63,403 nt of DNA, filler included, from Octopus bimaculoides (GCF_001194135.2; 7 parts of 7 records of this genome joined end to end with filler, not necessarily neighbours in it), one strand, 5' to 3'. Positions 39,000-52,238 are shown, counted from the whole stretch's first letter. The notes: a model not told the origin generated them from the sequence alone. Numbers and translations are program-made.

Positions 39000-39780
39000 A
39001 TTTCCAACCTTATATCATTAAACCACATGTTTCAATACTATGTATTAATCATGATTCTAACCACCCACTGTCTACTCACAGAAATTTATTCACAAATCTT
39101 TCTAATCTAAACCATCTCTGCCGACAAAACCTCAGCCAACAAAGTAGTCAATCTATACAATAATATATTAACATATTGTGGTTTCTTTAAAACCACTAAA
39201 TATTACAGACGTGTACAACTCGGGAAGAGGAAACGCAAACGTTTGGAGGTGTAATACACTATATTCATTCAACATCAGTATCTTGATTGGAAAAACATTC
39301 CTACAGCTTGTAAAATAGCCATTCCTTCCCGAAAAATCTTTAACTCAAATTTACCGAAAATAAACTACACGACACCAACAAATTTCTTCAACACATTATC
39401 ATTCACTAACAATAAAACACAAATGAATAATTCAAATTACCAGAACCCAAATAACATTAGTGCTGTAAAATGCAATTGACATTCATAAAATGTGTCTAGT
39501 GAAGAGCAATAGTGAACACAAACCCATTATCTATGTAAGCACTGACAATTCTTACAATAATCAGAATAGCATAAATTACATTTACAAAGGATAAACAACA
39601 AATCAATTTAAAGTTAGATTTTTTAGCATATCGTTAGATCATTACGCAACTATTCGGCACTTCCATAGTGACATCGGTTTTAGTAAAAATAACAATTTAA
39701 TCTATGCTATTAGGTTAGATTGTGGTCTTAAGACATGTCTTATATACAATCAAATTATTCAGCAATCAATGTGCTTCCGA
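39000..39780 (+). mobile_element. Heavily decayed Hydra-like PLE fragment
   Basis: Frameshifted peptides FQPYIIKP, INHDSNHP, IGKTFLQLVK, KIFNSN, YIYKG*TTNQFKVRF in the expected order. Confidence 0.55.
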
Positions 39781-40680
39781 AAACTTATACTTTTTAAATA
39801 CACTTCCAAGATACTAACTTAACGTACCAAGCTCATTTTTCCATATTCTTATATACAAACATACTCACACATATACATACATATCTGTACATTTGTGCGT
39901 ATATANNNNNNNNNNNNNNNNNNNNNNNNNNNNNNNNNNNNNNNNNNNNTTAATTAATTAANNNNNNNNNNNNNNNNNNNNNNNNNNNNNNNNNNNNNNN
40001 NNNNNGTGGGGGTGGGGGTGGTGGCATGATGATGATGATGACGATTATGGTGGTGGTGGTGGTCGTGGTGGTATGATGTTGATGATGATGACGATAATGA
40101 TGGTGGTGGTGGTGGTGGTGGTGGTGATGACGATTACTATAAAAGAAGAGAACAAACCATTGCAAAAAAAAAAAATCTAATGAACGATATGCCACGTTTG
40201 TATATGGTTTATTTCTACAAGGACTAAAAACGTTGCTGTTTAAGGACGACGGTTAATTGTGACTTTAATGTTCTTCTCGGAGGATTTATTGAAATAAGCG
40301 AATGAAGCTGTATTTAATGCGAGAATCAGAAGTGACTTAAAGTGCCTCTTTAAGCTATCAATAACCAAAATAGGATTTTCTTAACCTCTCTAGTTGATGA
40401 AGATGATAATAAAATATCAACTCCATTGAGTTATCTCGTAAAATCTTGACTCCATTAAGTCATATGAAACTCCTGGTCACTGTTTGGTATGAATCATTTA
40501 AAGCAGTGTTTCTCTACCCTTTTTTGTCTATGGAGCCCTTTGATTCTTATTTTACTCAGATGGACCCTAATACCTATTCTATGTTTTAAAAAATCCCATT
40601 ATATTTCTATAATTAAATATTATTAAGAATTCTATTTAAAAATTGTTAAAATATTTTGTATGTTGTAGAAGTTTTTGTTG

Positions 40681-41057
40681 TTGGCACTCCGTCGCTTATG
40701 ACGTCGAGGGTTCCAGTTGATCCGATCAACGGAACAGCCTGCTCGTGAAATTAACGTGCAAGTGGTTGAGTACTCCACAGACACGTGTACCCTTAACGTA
40801 GTTCTCGAGGATATTCAGCGTGACACAGTGTGACAAGGCTGACCCTTTGAATTACAGGCACAACAGAAACAGGAAGTAAGAGTGAGAGAAAGTTGTGGTG
40901 AAAGAGTACAGCAGGGTTCGCCACCATCCCCGGCTGGAGCCTCGTGGAACTTAGGTGTTTTCGCTCAATAAACACTCACAACGCCCGGTCTGGGAATCGA
41001 AACCGCGATCCTATGACCGCGAGTCCGCTGCCCTAACCACTGGGCCATTGCACCTCC
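40681..41057 (-). mobile_element. Full-length tRNA-derived SINE (third family)
   Basis: Head GGAGGTGCAATGGCCCAGTGGTTAGG...GTTTCGATTCCC; body shared with 60827-61111. Confidence 0.85.
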
Positions 41058-41599
41058 GTTGTAGAAGTATAAATGTTAAGAAGANNNNNNNNNNNNNNNN
41101 NNNNNNNNNNNNNNNNNNNNNNNNNNNNNNNNNNNNNNNNNNNNNNNNNNNNNNNNNNNTCCTCATATGGGCCCCGCTTAAGAACCACTGGTCTAGAAGG
41201 TGATTTTGGTCCAGAACGATGGAGATTTTGCTTGCGTTAGTGTAAATTGCAATTAGAGTCTTAATCCTTCCTAAAGAGCGTTTGAACTCAGTATTTCAAA
41301 TCAATGAAACTCTCTTCAATAAAAAAAATAACTTAAAGATTTTTTTTTCGCTTTAATCCTGAGGAATGACAGCGTCCATGACACTTTTTAGAGAGAAGAG
41401 AAAAAAGAAGGAATAATCTTACTGGAGCCCTGTTTTAATTGCTTGCAATAAAGGGGATTCCTCTACTAAAGGCACTCAAGTTCAGCGCGGTTGTGTTAAA
41501 CTTGACAACGGAAAAAGTCAACCACTCAAGTATGCCATGCTGGAATTGAACACAGTGTACAGTGACCTTCATGAGGCAGTGTGCTGAGTAACATTGCTG

Positions 41600-42771
41600 T
41601 GTTTACTTCGCAAGTTGCGAAATTTGTGGTTTTGTAATCACGTGTATGCTGTAGTCTGCGACTTTTGTCATGGACAGGAAGTTAGAACAAAGAGTCAACA
41701 TGAAATTCCGCGTTAAACTTGGGAAGTCTGTTACAGAGACATTGAGCATGTTTCGGCAAGCTTACGGCCGTTTCGAGTGGCACGGGCGCTTCAAAAGCGG
41801 GAGAACATCCCTAGAAGATGATGAACGATCTGGAAGACCAGCCACGAGCGTCAACCCCGGAAATGTGGGAAAAAATCATCAGTTTGTGCATAAGGATCGT
41901 TGGAGAACAATCAACGACATTGCTGATATTGTTGGTCTGTTGTATGGGTCCGTACGTGTAATCTTAATGTTTGCATTGAGCATGCGGCGTGTTTCTACTA
42001 AGTTTGTCTCCCGCCTGCTGACCACTGAGCAGAAAGAACATCGTGTCAAAGTTTGTGAAGATCTCCGTCAGCATGCTGCTGATGACCCATGCTTCATGTC
42101 AAGAACCATCACCGGTAACATGAGTTGCGTCTACTGGTACGACCCTGAGACGAAGTCGCAGTCGTAACAGTGAAAGACCCCTTAATTGCCACGACTGAAG
42201 AAGACACGACAGAGTCGCAGCTCAATCAGGAGCATGGTCATCGATTTTTTTCCGACAACCGTGGTATTGTACATAGATAATTCGTCCCTCAGGGCCGTGA
42301 ATATAGATTTTTACTGCGGCGTTTTGAAGCGTCTGGGCGGGGACATTTGGCAAAAACGACAGGATTTGTGAAGCGCGAAGAACAGGATTCTGCATGATGA
42401 CAATGCACCCTGACACGGGGCGCTCCTTACTCGTGAGTTTCTTGCGAAAAACAACATGGTGCGGCTTCCGCATCCGCCCTATTCGCCAGATTTAGCACCT
42501 ACGGACCTCCATCTCTTTGCCAAAGTAAAAATACAGCTCAAAGGTCGCCATTTTAACATCGTTGTCGAGATGAAGAGCGAATTACAGAAGGTCCTCGACT
42601 CGCTTACGGAAAACAACTTCCAGTCCGGATCCCAAAAGTGGCAGGAACGCTGGGACCGGTGTACTGCTGCGCAAGGTAATTATTTCGAAGTAGATGATGT
42701 TAAAACTTAGATATATAAGTTATTTTTTATTAAACATAACTAGTCCGGGGACATTTTGATACCATCTCATA
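41600..42771 (+). mobile_element. mariner transposase pseudogene with 3' TIR
   Basis: ORFs 41670..42167, 42186..42371, 42456..42710: EQRVNMKF, DDERSGRP, FVSRLL, YDPETK, HPPYSPDLAPTD; ends GACATTTTGATACCATCTCATA. Confidence 0.93.
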
Positions 42772-42783
42772 TACATATATATT

Positions 42784-42929
42784 CGACGGGCTTCTTTCAG
42801 TTTTCGTCAAACAAATCCACTCAGAAGACTTTGGTCGTCCGGAGGCCATTATAGACCACACTTGCCCAAGATGCCACTCGGAACCATATGTTTGAGAAGC
42901 AAACTTCTTACCACACAGCCACATCTGCG
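42784..42929 (-). mobile_element. CORE-like SINE 5' part
   Basis: Matches 15933-16099. Confidence 0.75.
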
Positions 42930-43477
42930 ACAGTATATATTAACTCGTTAATATCAGACAGCAGAACAGCAGCCAGAAGGGAATGAATGCTAATGGTGGT
43001 TAAGAAATGAATGATAAGACATTGAATGTTATTTTTTGGTGGAGCGGTGGGGCAGGTGGCTACAATGTAAGCTTTCCATTGTGAATTGCTCCGCAGAGGA
43101 AAACGGAAGATGCTTGACTATTTTTTTTTTTTACATAATGCAATAATCTTCCCACAGCTGGATTCAATTATTCCTATCAAATAGCTCATCTCATGGTTTT
43201 ATGAATACGCAACGCTCTACAGAATACCTTCGAGTAGTTGTAGTAAAAGGCTTTACGTTTGGCGTCACCTTAAATTAGTGACTGCTGTAACAGGTAGAAA
43301 GGTAAGGCGTGCAAACATGACTAATTGTTGTCACTAAATTAAATTATTAATCGATGCATCGTATTTACACCAATTCAATTTATCCTAGCATGGTGAGTAT
43401 TTACTGAAAATCATGGCTGGTGTTCGAACAGAAACGATTTCTAAACTAAAATCACACGCTATCATTATCCGTCACAT

Positions 43478-43673
43478 TAAGGCAGAGAGCTGGCAGAACC
43501 GTTAGCACACTGGGAAAAAATGCTTAGCGGCATTTTCATCCGTCCTTACGTTCTGAGTTCAAATTCCACCGGCGCTGACTTCGTCTTTCATCATTTCGGA
43601 GTCGATAAAATAAGTACCAGTTGAACACTGGTGTCGACGTAATCGACTTAAACTCTCCCCCGAAATTGCTGGC
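43478..43673 (+). mobile_element. Meta-like SINE
   Basis: TAAGGCAGAGAGCTGGCAGAACCGTTAGC..TTTCGGAGTCGATAAAATAAGTACCAG. Confidence 0.85.
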
Positions 43674-43678
43674 CACAA

Positions 43679-43785
43679 CACACGGCTGGAAATCCAACAC
43701 ACGGCTGGAAATCCAGCACACGGCTGGAAATCCAACACACGGCTGGAAATCCAACACACGGCTGGAAATCCAGCACACGGCTGGA
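43679..43785. repeat. 19-bp tandem repeat CACACGGCTGGAAATCCA(A/G), at least 5.6 copies, running into a gap
   Basis: Direct count; last-base order A,G,A,A,G. Confidence 0.95.
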
Positions 43786-44313
43786 NNNNNNNNNNNNNNN
43801 NNNNNNNNNNNNNNNNNNNNNNNNNNNNNNNNNNNNNNNNNNNNNNNNNNNNNNNNNNNNNNNNNNNNNNNNNNNNNNNNNNNNNNNNNNNNNNNNNNNN
43901 NNNNNNNNNNNNNNNNNNNNNNNNNNNNNNNNNNNNNNNNNNNNNNNNNNNNNNNNNNNNNNNNNNNNNNNNNNNNNNNNNNNNNNNNNNNNNNNNNNNN
44001 NNNNNNNNNNNNNNNNNNNNNNNNNNNNNNNNNNNNNNNNNNNNNNNNNNNNNNNNNNNNNNNNNNNNNNNNNNNNNNNNNNNNNNNNNNNNNNNNNNNN
44101 NNNNNNNNNNNNNNNNNNNNNNNNNNNNNNNNNNNNNNNNNNNNNNNNNNNNNNNNNNNNNNNNNNNNNNNNNNNNNNNNNNNNNNNNNNNNNNNNNNNN
44201 NNNNNNNNNNNNNNNNNNNNNNNNNNNNNNNNNNNNNNNNNNNNNNNNNNNNNNNNNNNNNNNNNNNNNNNNNNNNNNNNNNNNNNNNNNNNNNNNNNNN
44301 NNNNNNNNNNNNN

Positions 44314-44365
<52 letters not shown>

Positions 44366-44421
44366 CATGCATGTATGTATGTACATATGTATGTATGAAT
44401 AATATATATAGATATATATAG

Positions 44422-44453
<32 letters not shown>

Positions 44454-44840
44454 GCATGTATTATGTATGTATGTATATATATGTATGTATGTGTGTATAT
44501 ATATGTGTGTATATGTGTGTGTACATGTATGTATATTTAAATACATATACATATATATATGTGTATGTATATAAGCATATATATATGTGTATATATATAT
44601 ATATATATGTGTGTCTGTGTGTGTGTATGTGTGTATAGACATATATATATATATATATATGTATGTATATATCTATATTATATATATACACAGATATATA
44701 TGTCTATATATACGTGTGTTTATATTATATATATACATATNNNNNNNNNNNNNNNNNNNNNNNNNNNNNNNNNNNNNNNNNNNNTTAATTAATTAANNNN
44801 NNNNNNNNNNNNNNNNNNNNNNNNNNNNNNNNNNNNNNNN

Positions 44841-45213
44841 ATACCAGCAGATGACAACGTTTCTCTAAAAGAAATGGAAAAACTTTCAAAATACAAAGAC
44901 CTGGAAATAGAGATAACTCGAATGTGGAATCTAAAAACAGAAACAATTCCTATCATAGTAGGTGCCTTAGGTATAATAAAAAAATATTCAGACAAATACA
45001 TAACAAAAACACCAGGACTTACAAATATATATAACATACAGAAAATTGCACTACTGGGTACTGCACACATTCTACGCAAAACACTTTCAATACAGTAAAC
45101 ATAAGAGCACCACAGCAAACCACAGCACATACCCAAGGCGCACAGAGCTGCGCTCGGTAGTGAAGTGAAAGTACGTTATAAAAATAAAACTACTGAATAA
45201 TAATAATAATAAT
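44841..45213 (+). mobile_element. R4/Dong-like LINE 3' end with (AAT)n tail
   Basis: EKLSKYKDLEIEITRMWNLKTETIPIIVGALG..ALLGTAHILRK. Confidence 0.88.
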
Positions 45214-46336
45214 ACGTGTGTGTATGTATTGCAGGGTAGTAGTATCGTAAGTTGGTAATAGAATGTCGGTAATCCACAAGAAGTTGGGTATGGAAAGAAA
45301 AATCAGATTTTGCATGATTATCATCTACTTTGTTACAAACCTTCAATACAAAATACTTTGAAAGATAAAACGAATAAAGGAAACCAAATATGATCAGCTA
45401 GAATGTTTAATATTGATGAAGATATTTAGAATAACGAAAGAAAAATGATAGTTTACCGCAATTTAGAACTTACTGGAGTTAATAAGGAATGAAAATGTTG
45501 ATTTCAGAGAACTATTATTCAGCTTTAAGATTTCCCTTGTTGACATGGTGGCTCTTTAAAAGCAAGAATATTCCATTCAATGAATATCTATGATTATTTA
45601 GCTTTTATAAAGTACATCTTCCAATAAATCAATGAATCGATAACCTTTGATTTCTCACTTATAATCTCAACTAACTTTTCCCTAAAGTCCTCTTAGAAAC
45701 AGGATGGATTTTGGTTTTATATATTCAAAGAAAGAAATGGCATCTTCAAAATATACTTCCTATTTTGACCAATCAGTGTAAAGTCGGTAACTTAACACTA
45801 AGGCAAACGGTTTCTCTGATATCAAAATTGAAATTTGGACTAATATTTTTTCTATGTGAACGTTGGATTTCATCAGTGGACATTGCATTAAGCCCATATG
45901 CATCATAGAACAAAAACGAAAAAATAAATATCGCTTTTCATTTTTTTTCTTTATAAGATCGATTTGTTTCTAAATCTTTGAGTTGAATTATTGGCGGTAA
46001 AATCCGATAAATGAGAACAGCGATGCATTCAGAGAATGAGAACAATGTTTTTTTTTTAATGTTTACGAAAATAAGAATTTAGACCAGTCTAAATGAAACC
46101 CTTAGTAGTTCATTGGTAAGTGTAAATTGTTCCATGATACTCCGTATTCTTACACTGAGGAAGGTTAATATGAATCATTCATATATATCATTAAATTGGT
46201 CCAATGAGAGAAAGTCTATATAATCCCTGGGACTGTTAGAAATACGGACAAATTTTCTCAAACTGCACTCTAAAAAGACGGAAGAACACATTAAACAATA
46301 TCGTCTTAGACTCTCTGAAACATGATGGCTGTGTTC

Positions 46337-46459
46337 AGAATATTTCGATCATAAACGTAATATTCGAAATATTCTAGGCTGTGGCTAGAATATTTCAATC
46401 ATAACATAATATTCGAAATATTCTATGATCGAGATCATAGAATATTTCGATCATAAACG
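46337..46459. repeat. Three ~50-bp units, each with AGAATATTTCG/CGAAATATTCT arms, plus an 18-bp-arm palindrome at 46413-46450
   Basis: Direct reading. Confidence 0.85.
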
Positions 46460-47394
46460 CACTTTAAAGAACTGATCTGGGTTTAAAAAATAGTAACAAC
46501 AAATATAACTAAATTACTATTCACTATTCAAGTAATAGTGTCGAGTTGATCCGCAAAATGTCGACCTTCAGCCAATGATAGAAATTAATTTTATTTTGCC
46601 GTCTCTTTTGAGGCTATTCTAGTATTCATTATTCTGCTCCGTAATTTAATGATATGCCTCTTCAAGCTTTAACTTCACAACTCTCTTCAATTAACAGTCT
46701 AATGCTTTATTCTGCCTTGTATTTTGACGATAACCTTAAATGAAATGATATTCATCATTCTATTTTATGATAAAACTGTGAAGTACTCTTTTGTGAGCCA
46801 CAACGAAGAACACCTTCAGTCTCATATCAAATGACGAATGTAATTAGCCATATGGAATGTGTTACATTACATGAAATACAATCCTAATTAATACGCTTGA
46901 ATCTGTCTTCCCCCTTTTTTCATTATTTCCACAAATCGTTTCTGTACAATTATAAGAGTTTTTGTTTTTATGTCTCCACTTGTTACAAACATGAAACCTT
47001 AACAGCTAGTAAATGATTTTAATTGAATACGCATATGCTCTTATAGAAATGGTTGTTCAATGATGTGATCTTACAGAGAATTCTGCAAACGATTTGTTGG
47101 GTGCAACAGCTTGTTAGTTTATTTTCCTTAATCTTTTACATCGCCATCGTTATTCTCATTCGTTGGAACATCGTCATCTCTTATATAATAATATAGCAAA
47201 AACTATATTCGAATATAGTGAAAACCTAGAAGGTTTTTAGAGTACTGAATCGCATACCTTTCACACACACACACACATTCATACTTTGTGCAAACCAGGC
47301 TTGGTTCTCAAAAACATTTTAAATACTTATTAGAATTCCAATTAAATGCCAAAATGTTGCGACACTATTAGTGACCTTAATATTCAGTATTTTT

Positions 47395-47600
47395 CAGTTG
47401 GCAGAATTGCTAACACGCTGGGCAAAGTGCTTAGCAGAATTTCACCTATCTTTATGCTCTGAATTCAAATTCCACCAAGGTCTACTCTGGTTTCTACCCT
47501 TTCGGCGTCGATAAAATAAGTATCAGTTGAATAACGGGGTCGATGTAATCGAATTACTCCCTCCCACAAAATTTCTGGCCTTATGCCAAAATCTGAAATT
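47395..47600 (+). mobile_element. Meta-like SINE
   Basis: TTGGCAGAATTGCTAAC..CCTTTCGGCGTCGATAAAATAAGTATCAG. Confidence 0.75.
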
Positions 47601-48159
47601 AATATTATGTGCTTCTACTAACCAGGCCTTCATTTTAAATAAAGAATGAAGATTTATTCTACTCAGTAGAAAAGTCTAATTGTTTCCAATATTTTCAAAT
47701 CTACCAAGAGGAATACGTTTTAATTAGTTTAATACAAAAGAGTTTACTGAATACATTCTGTTAATACTTTTACTATTATTTTCCAAGTTACCCAGTCTTT
47801 ACTATAATAGACTACAAATATTAGCCTCTCATGATAGTAACGATAACGTATTTTATTTCCAAATTTTTTTCTCCAAAATATGAATGCTATTTACCTCTTA
47901 TTTCTATGATAAAGAAAAGTTAGTTAGATATTAAATTTCCATTGAGATTTCTTATATTTACATTCAACTGCGTTACACACAATTACGTTTTTTTTATTTA
48001 CTACAGGTGTGACAGAGAAACCTCCTAACTTTTTCACGGTCTTTTGTGTAGTGATAGGAAAGTTAAGCAGGTTCAAATGGTGTCTTGATGTAGCTAACAT
48101 TGGTATCAAATTTTAGCACATGGCCTGCAATTTCAGAGGAGGAAATAAGTTGATTATAC

Positions 48160-48312
48160 CGACCTCAGTGTTCATGTGGTGCTTATTTTCTGTAATTCGA
48201 AAGGATGAAAGGCTAATTTGAGCTCGGCGGAATCTGAATTCAGAACGCAAAGAACTAAATAACGCTAAGTATTTTGCCCGGCATGTTAATAATTCTGCCA
48301 GCTCACCACCGT
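48160..48312 (-). mobile_element. Meta-like SINE
   Basis: Reverse complement of the family head: GGTGGTGAGCTGGCAGAATTATTAACATGCCGGGC. Confidence 0.7.
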
Positions 48313-48330
48313 TGGTGTAGCTATTATTGT

Positions 48331-48640
48331 AACATTATTTACATTTGACGGATATTTGTCCTCATCTTGTTTGTTGTTAACACAACGTTTCGGCTGATAT
48401 ACCCTCCAGCCTTCGTCAGGTGTCTTGGGGAAATTTCGAACCTGGGTTCTCATTCCTAACGATGTTGTGTAAATATCCGTCAAATGTAAATAATGTTAAT
48501 AATTCCTCATCTCTTAAATATAGGACTGTATTATTGTAACGTTGTTTTTTTCGATGCCATTATGTTTGGGTTAATGTATTCCTTGCATTTATTGTTGAAA
48601 CGTTTATCGATAAGGGTCAGTTTGAGGCTTTGCAATATAT
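48331..48640 (-). mobile_element. PLE pseudo-LTR fragment (possible endonuclease tail + ribozyme) with an inverted internal segment
   Basis: Peptide NILQSLKLTLIDKRFNNKCKEY resembles a Penelope EN end; hammerhead downstream; 27-bp perfect inverted repeat. Confidence 0.6.
48379..48424 (-). ncRNA. Minimal type I hammerhead ribozyme
   Basis: gacac CTGACGA a ggctg-gagggtatat-cagcc GAAA cg TT gtgtt; stems I and II paired; ACGU palindrome; GUU triplet. Confidence 0.78.
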
Positions 48641-49699
48641 TATTTAGTTTTAAAATATTTCCACATCATTACACAATTTTCTTCTGAACCAATTTAACAG
48701 CAATATAAGAACTCAATTCATATTGTTGATAACAGATGTAATCAGAAATAAATTCTCTTTATATACGTATAATATATCAGCAAATGTGATAGAAAGTCGC
48801 GAGTGCTTTGTGTAGTATAACTGCCTGATATCAGTTACTTACAGTAATAGAGCGTGAAAATCTTGATGACATACTTTTCATGTGTAGAGGTACTTTACTG
48901 ACTCACCACAGACCAAGTCTACTGACCTAATAAGATGACTACAAATCAGTTAGCTCCAAGTAACATCAACATAAATGTTCTAACGCCACTCACTAAGCAA
49001 TCTAAATGATATGGGAAATATATGCCGATGGTGTAGCCACTTTTCATGCCATCTTTCCACCAAATTTATTATCCTAATGTTAAAATGAGTTTGAAACAAG
49101 AACGTTAAGAAAATCATTAACCTTAGATTTGTATTTGTGCAGAGTAATTAACGAATGAAATATGGTTAGAGAAATCGACGTGGAGGATTAGTTTGACAGG
49201 ATATCATTATTCATTTTAAAATAGTAAAAACAAACAAAAAAGCACATAGCCATACAAGCATGTAATTTGCATTTTCTTGAAGTTAAACCAGATAAAAACA
49301 TAATTAATATTTCCTTAAATCAGTTTTGAATGATTTCATTTTGTAATATTAGCAAATACAGAACGCATTATGTAAATGTTATATTACATCAACGTTATTT
49401 CAGTTAATAACTGGATATGTTTTAATTTAAACTTTCCATTGATGAAAAGGAACAAGAAATACTCCGACTAGCAGTATTTGCGATGAGTATTCCAGAAGTT
49501 TTGAATCTTTTATAGCAGTTACAGCTGTAATTGTTCTAGATTATTGTGATTTTAGTATATCATTATTGTGCTAATAAGCTGACGTGCCAGCTTTTGTTAT
49601 TCCCCTTTGAAGAACATGGCTGTAACAGTACATTCAATACACCCTACCAAGCACCGACTGCCACAGCTGAATCGTATTTAGGATGGAATCAGGACGTAA

Positions 49700-50250
49700 A
49701 GACAATTTAGATGTTCGCCATGCAATAGAGTTTTGCATTGAACTGGGCAAAAACGCTACAGAAACTTGAGAAATACTCCAAGCTGTTTAGTGATTAACTC
49801 GTATGAACAGAGCATGTTTTACCCAGCGCAAGAATCCAAACATAGCAAGTCCGCCGGGAAGCGTATGATGATCTCCTTTTACGACAGCAAGGGAATCATC
49901 TATATCCATTAGCTACTCTCTGACCAGACGGTCAACAAAGAGTACTTTGTGGTGGTTTGGAATGACTTCAGGATGAGACCACGTTGCAAAAGTCAGACTC
50001 TTCCACTCGGTGGCGCCTGCACCTGGACACTACACCATTCTACATTTGCATCTGGGCAACCCACTACTAGACAGAGATGAGCATCAAAACTAACTCACCA
50101 TCCCAAAAGTCCAGATCTTGCACCCTGTGACTTTTTATTGTTCCCCAAACTGAAAAAGAGGATGCAGCTGGCTGTGACAAGGGTCCTGGATACCTTCACT
50201 TTGGAGGACTTCCTTGGGGCTTTCATGAAGTGGCTGTGGCAATACGGTAG
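49700..50250 (+). mobile_element. Internally deleted mariner relic
   Basis: RHAIEFCIELGKNATET; SKSAGKRMMISFYDSKGII; SPDLAPCDFLLFPKLK. Confidence 0.8.
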
Positions 50251-50306
50251 TAGTTGAATAATATTATTAAGGCCGCAATTTACTCACACGCAGCATCTTT
50301 CAGAGG

Positions 50307-50392
50307 TCTTAACCAATTGGAAAATCTTAACCAATTGGAAAATCTTAACCAATTGGAAAATCATTAATATATTGGAAAATCATTAATATATG
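50307..50392. repeat. 18-bp tandem TCTTAACCAATTGGAAAA x3 plus two variant units
   Basis: Direct reading. Confidence 0.85.
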
Positions 50393-52207
50393 TCCTAGCT
50401 ATATTTTGGCATAAAAAATTGAGCTTTGGTCGAGTAGGAAAAAGTTTACATCAAAATTTGTAGCAACGTTATAGGAGAGTAAATAACGCCACCAGTCAAG
50501 TTTAGATCTAAATAACCTTTTTATTTTAAACGCAAAATATATTTATCTTAGTCTCAATGATAGAAGAAAGCATGAAAACTTTCGTAGTTTTGGTCTTATG
50601 CAACAAAAATTTGTATCAAAAAATTTTGTGAGGTAAGATTTCATTAAAAAAATATAAGTAAGGCAAAAAATTGGATTTAGCTATAATTAACTTTTTTTTA
50701 TTTTTTAAACAAACTATATTTTGATTAACCTTAAACGATAGAGCTCCATTCGAGGAATTTCATGGTATCAATCTCATGCAATGAAGTTTTAACAGAAAAC
50801 AGTTATTAGCAATTGTTTCTCAAATTTGTAGGTGATAATATAGTTCTATACACTTATGAATATAGTTCTAGGGGACTTTTAATATATGTCACCGGCATCA
50901 TTGAGGTAAGGAAAACATGATATAGAAAAGAATATATTATAATGATAAGACCGAAATGTTACATCTGTAACACACAAGTTGAAGATAGTTGAAGTATATC
51001 AAATTATAACATTGATAATTACTCATTTCAAATTTCAGACAAAAATTTGAACATAGATATTTCTTTAACGATATATAATATTCGTTATTATCTGATTATA
51101 TAGTTATGAATACATGTATTGTTATTGTTGTGTAAATAATTGATTAGGTTAACATAATATGGTTCTGTGACATCAGTATTGGAGCCTAATGGCCAACACG
51201 GCATCAAATTACTTTTATCATAAGATATACAATAGCTGAAATCGATTTAATTATCGAAAGATTGTTTGCATAAATGAAAATGTCATGTTCTTTTTTATAT
51301 ATCATGATTTAGGAATAATAGCATTATTGGCTACAAACTTTCAATGACTCAGTTACAGATTCACTAGATTTATGATGGCAAGATAGATAAGGAAATATTT
51401 ATAAGCCGATGGCTGGTGTTCGAATAGCACGGAATTTTCGCTGGTGCATACACACTCCAGNNNNNNNNNNATATATATATCTGTTATGTTTTACTTGTTT
51501 CAGTCAATGGGTTACATGAAGGAGTGTTAGTCGAACAAATCGACTTAGTACTTGGTTTTATGGTTTAAGCTTGTACTTAGTTTTAAGTTTGTTGTCAAGT
51601 GAGGTTGGCATGACATACACAGACACAATAAGACAAGTGCGTGGTTACGCATATACAAAATCACACACACAAGCATACCCACAGTTTACGTTTAGCAAAA
51701 ACACACAAAAGGCATTGCTTGACCTGTGACTATAATAAAATACATTTACACAAGGCTCAACACAATGCTACTGGACTCGAAATCATGGAGTTACAAAGTG
51801 AGTTTCTTAACCATACATGCATATGTACATTCTGTTCGATGTATCCAAAGGGAACTAAGACTGCTAGGTAAGTCGGAGTATTTATCCTAGATACCCTAAG
51901 GAAGCGCACACTCTCCCATAGCTTGGCAATCTCATGCCCCATGATCGGCCATACCATCAACAAATACAGGAAGTATGTGACAAAAATCTTCAAAGAATTC
52001 GCCATATCTATACTTTCTCACCTTCCCCAGCGTTAAACTAATACACCTGTTTGTTGTTTACACACCTGTCTTCGTCTTTTGCTTTTTTGTGAATTCCAAT
52101 TATATATNNNNNNNNNNNNNNNNNNNNNNNNNNNNNNNNNNNNNNNNNNNNTTAATTAATTAANNNNNNNNNNNNNNNNNNNNNNNNNNNNNNNNNNNNN
52201 NNNNNNN

Positions 52208-52238
<31 letters not shown>

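Noticed and set aside
40990-41057. tRNA-like heads with A and B boxes (also 23750-23815)
   Set aside because: They continue into SINE bodies and lack a complete cloverleaf; not tRNA genes.
43536-44691. Long ORFs of 266-368 aa
   Set aside because: Made of N runs, (TA)n and the 19-bp array.
43414-51425. Shared 15-mer TGGCTGGTGTTCGAA at ~43414 and ~51411
   Set aside because: Flanks are unrelated; a single short match is too weak.
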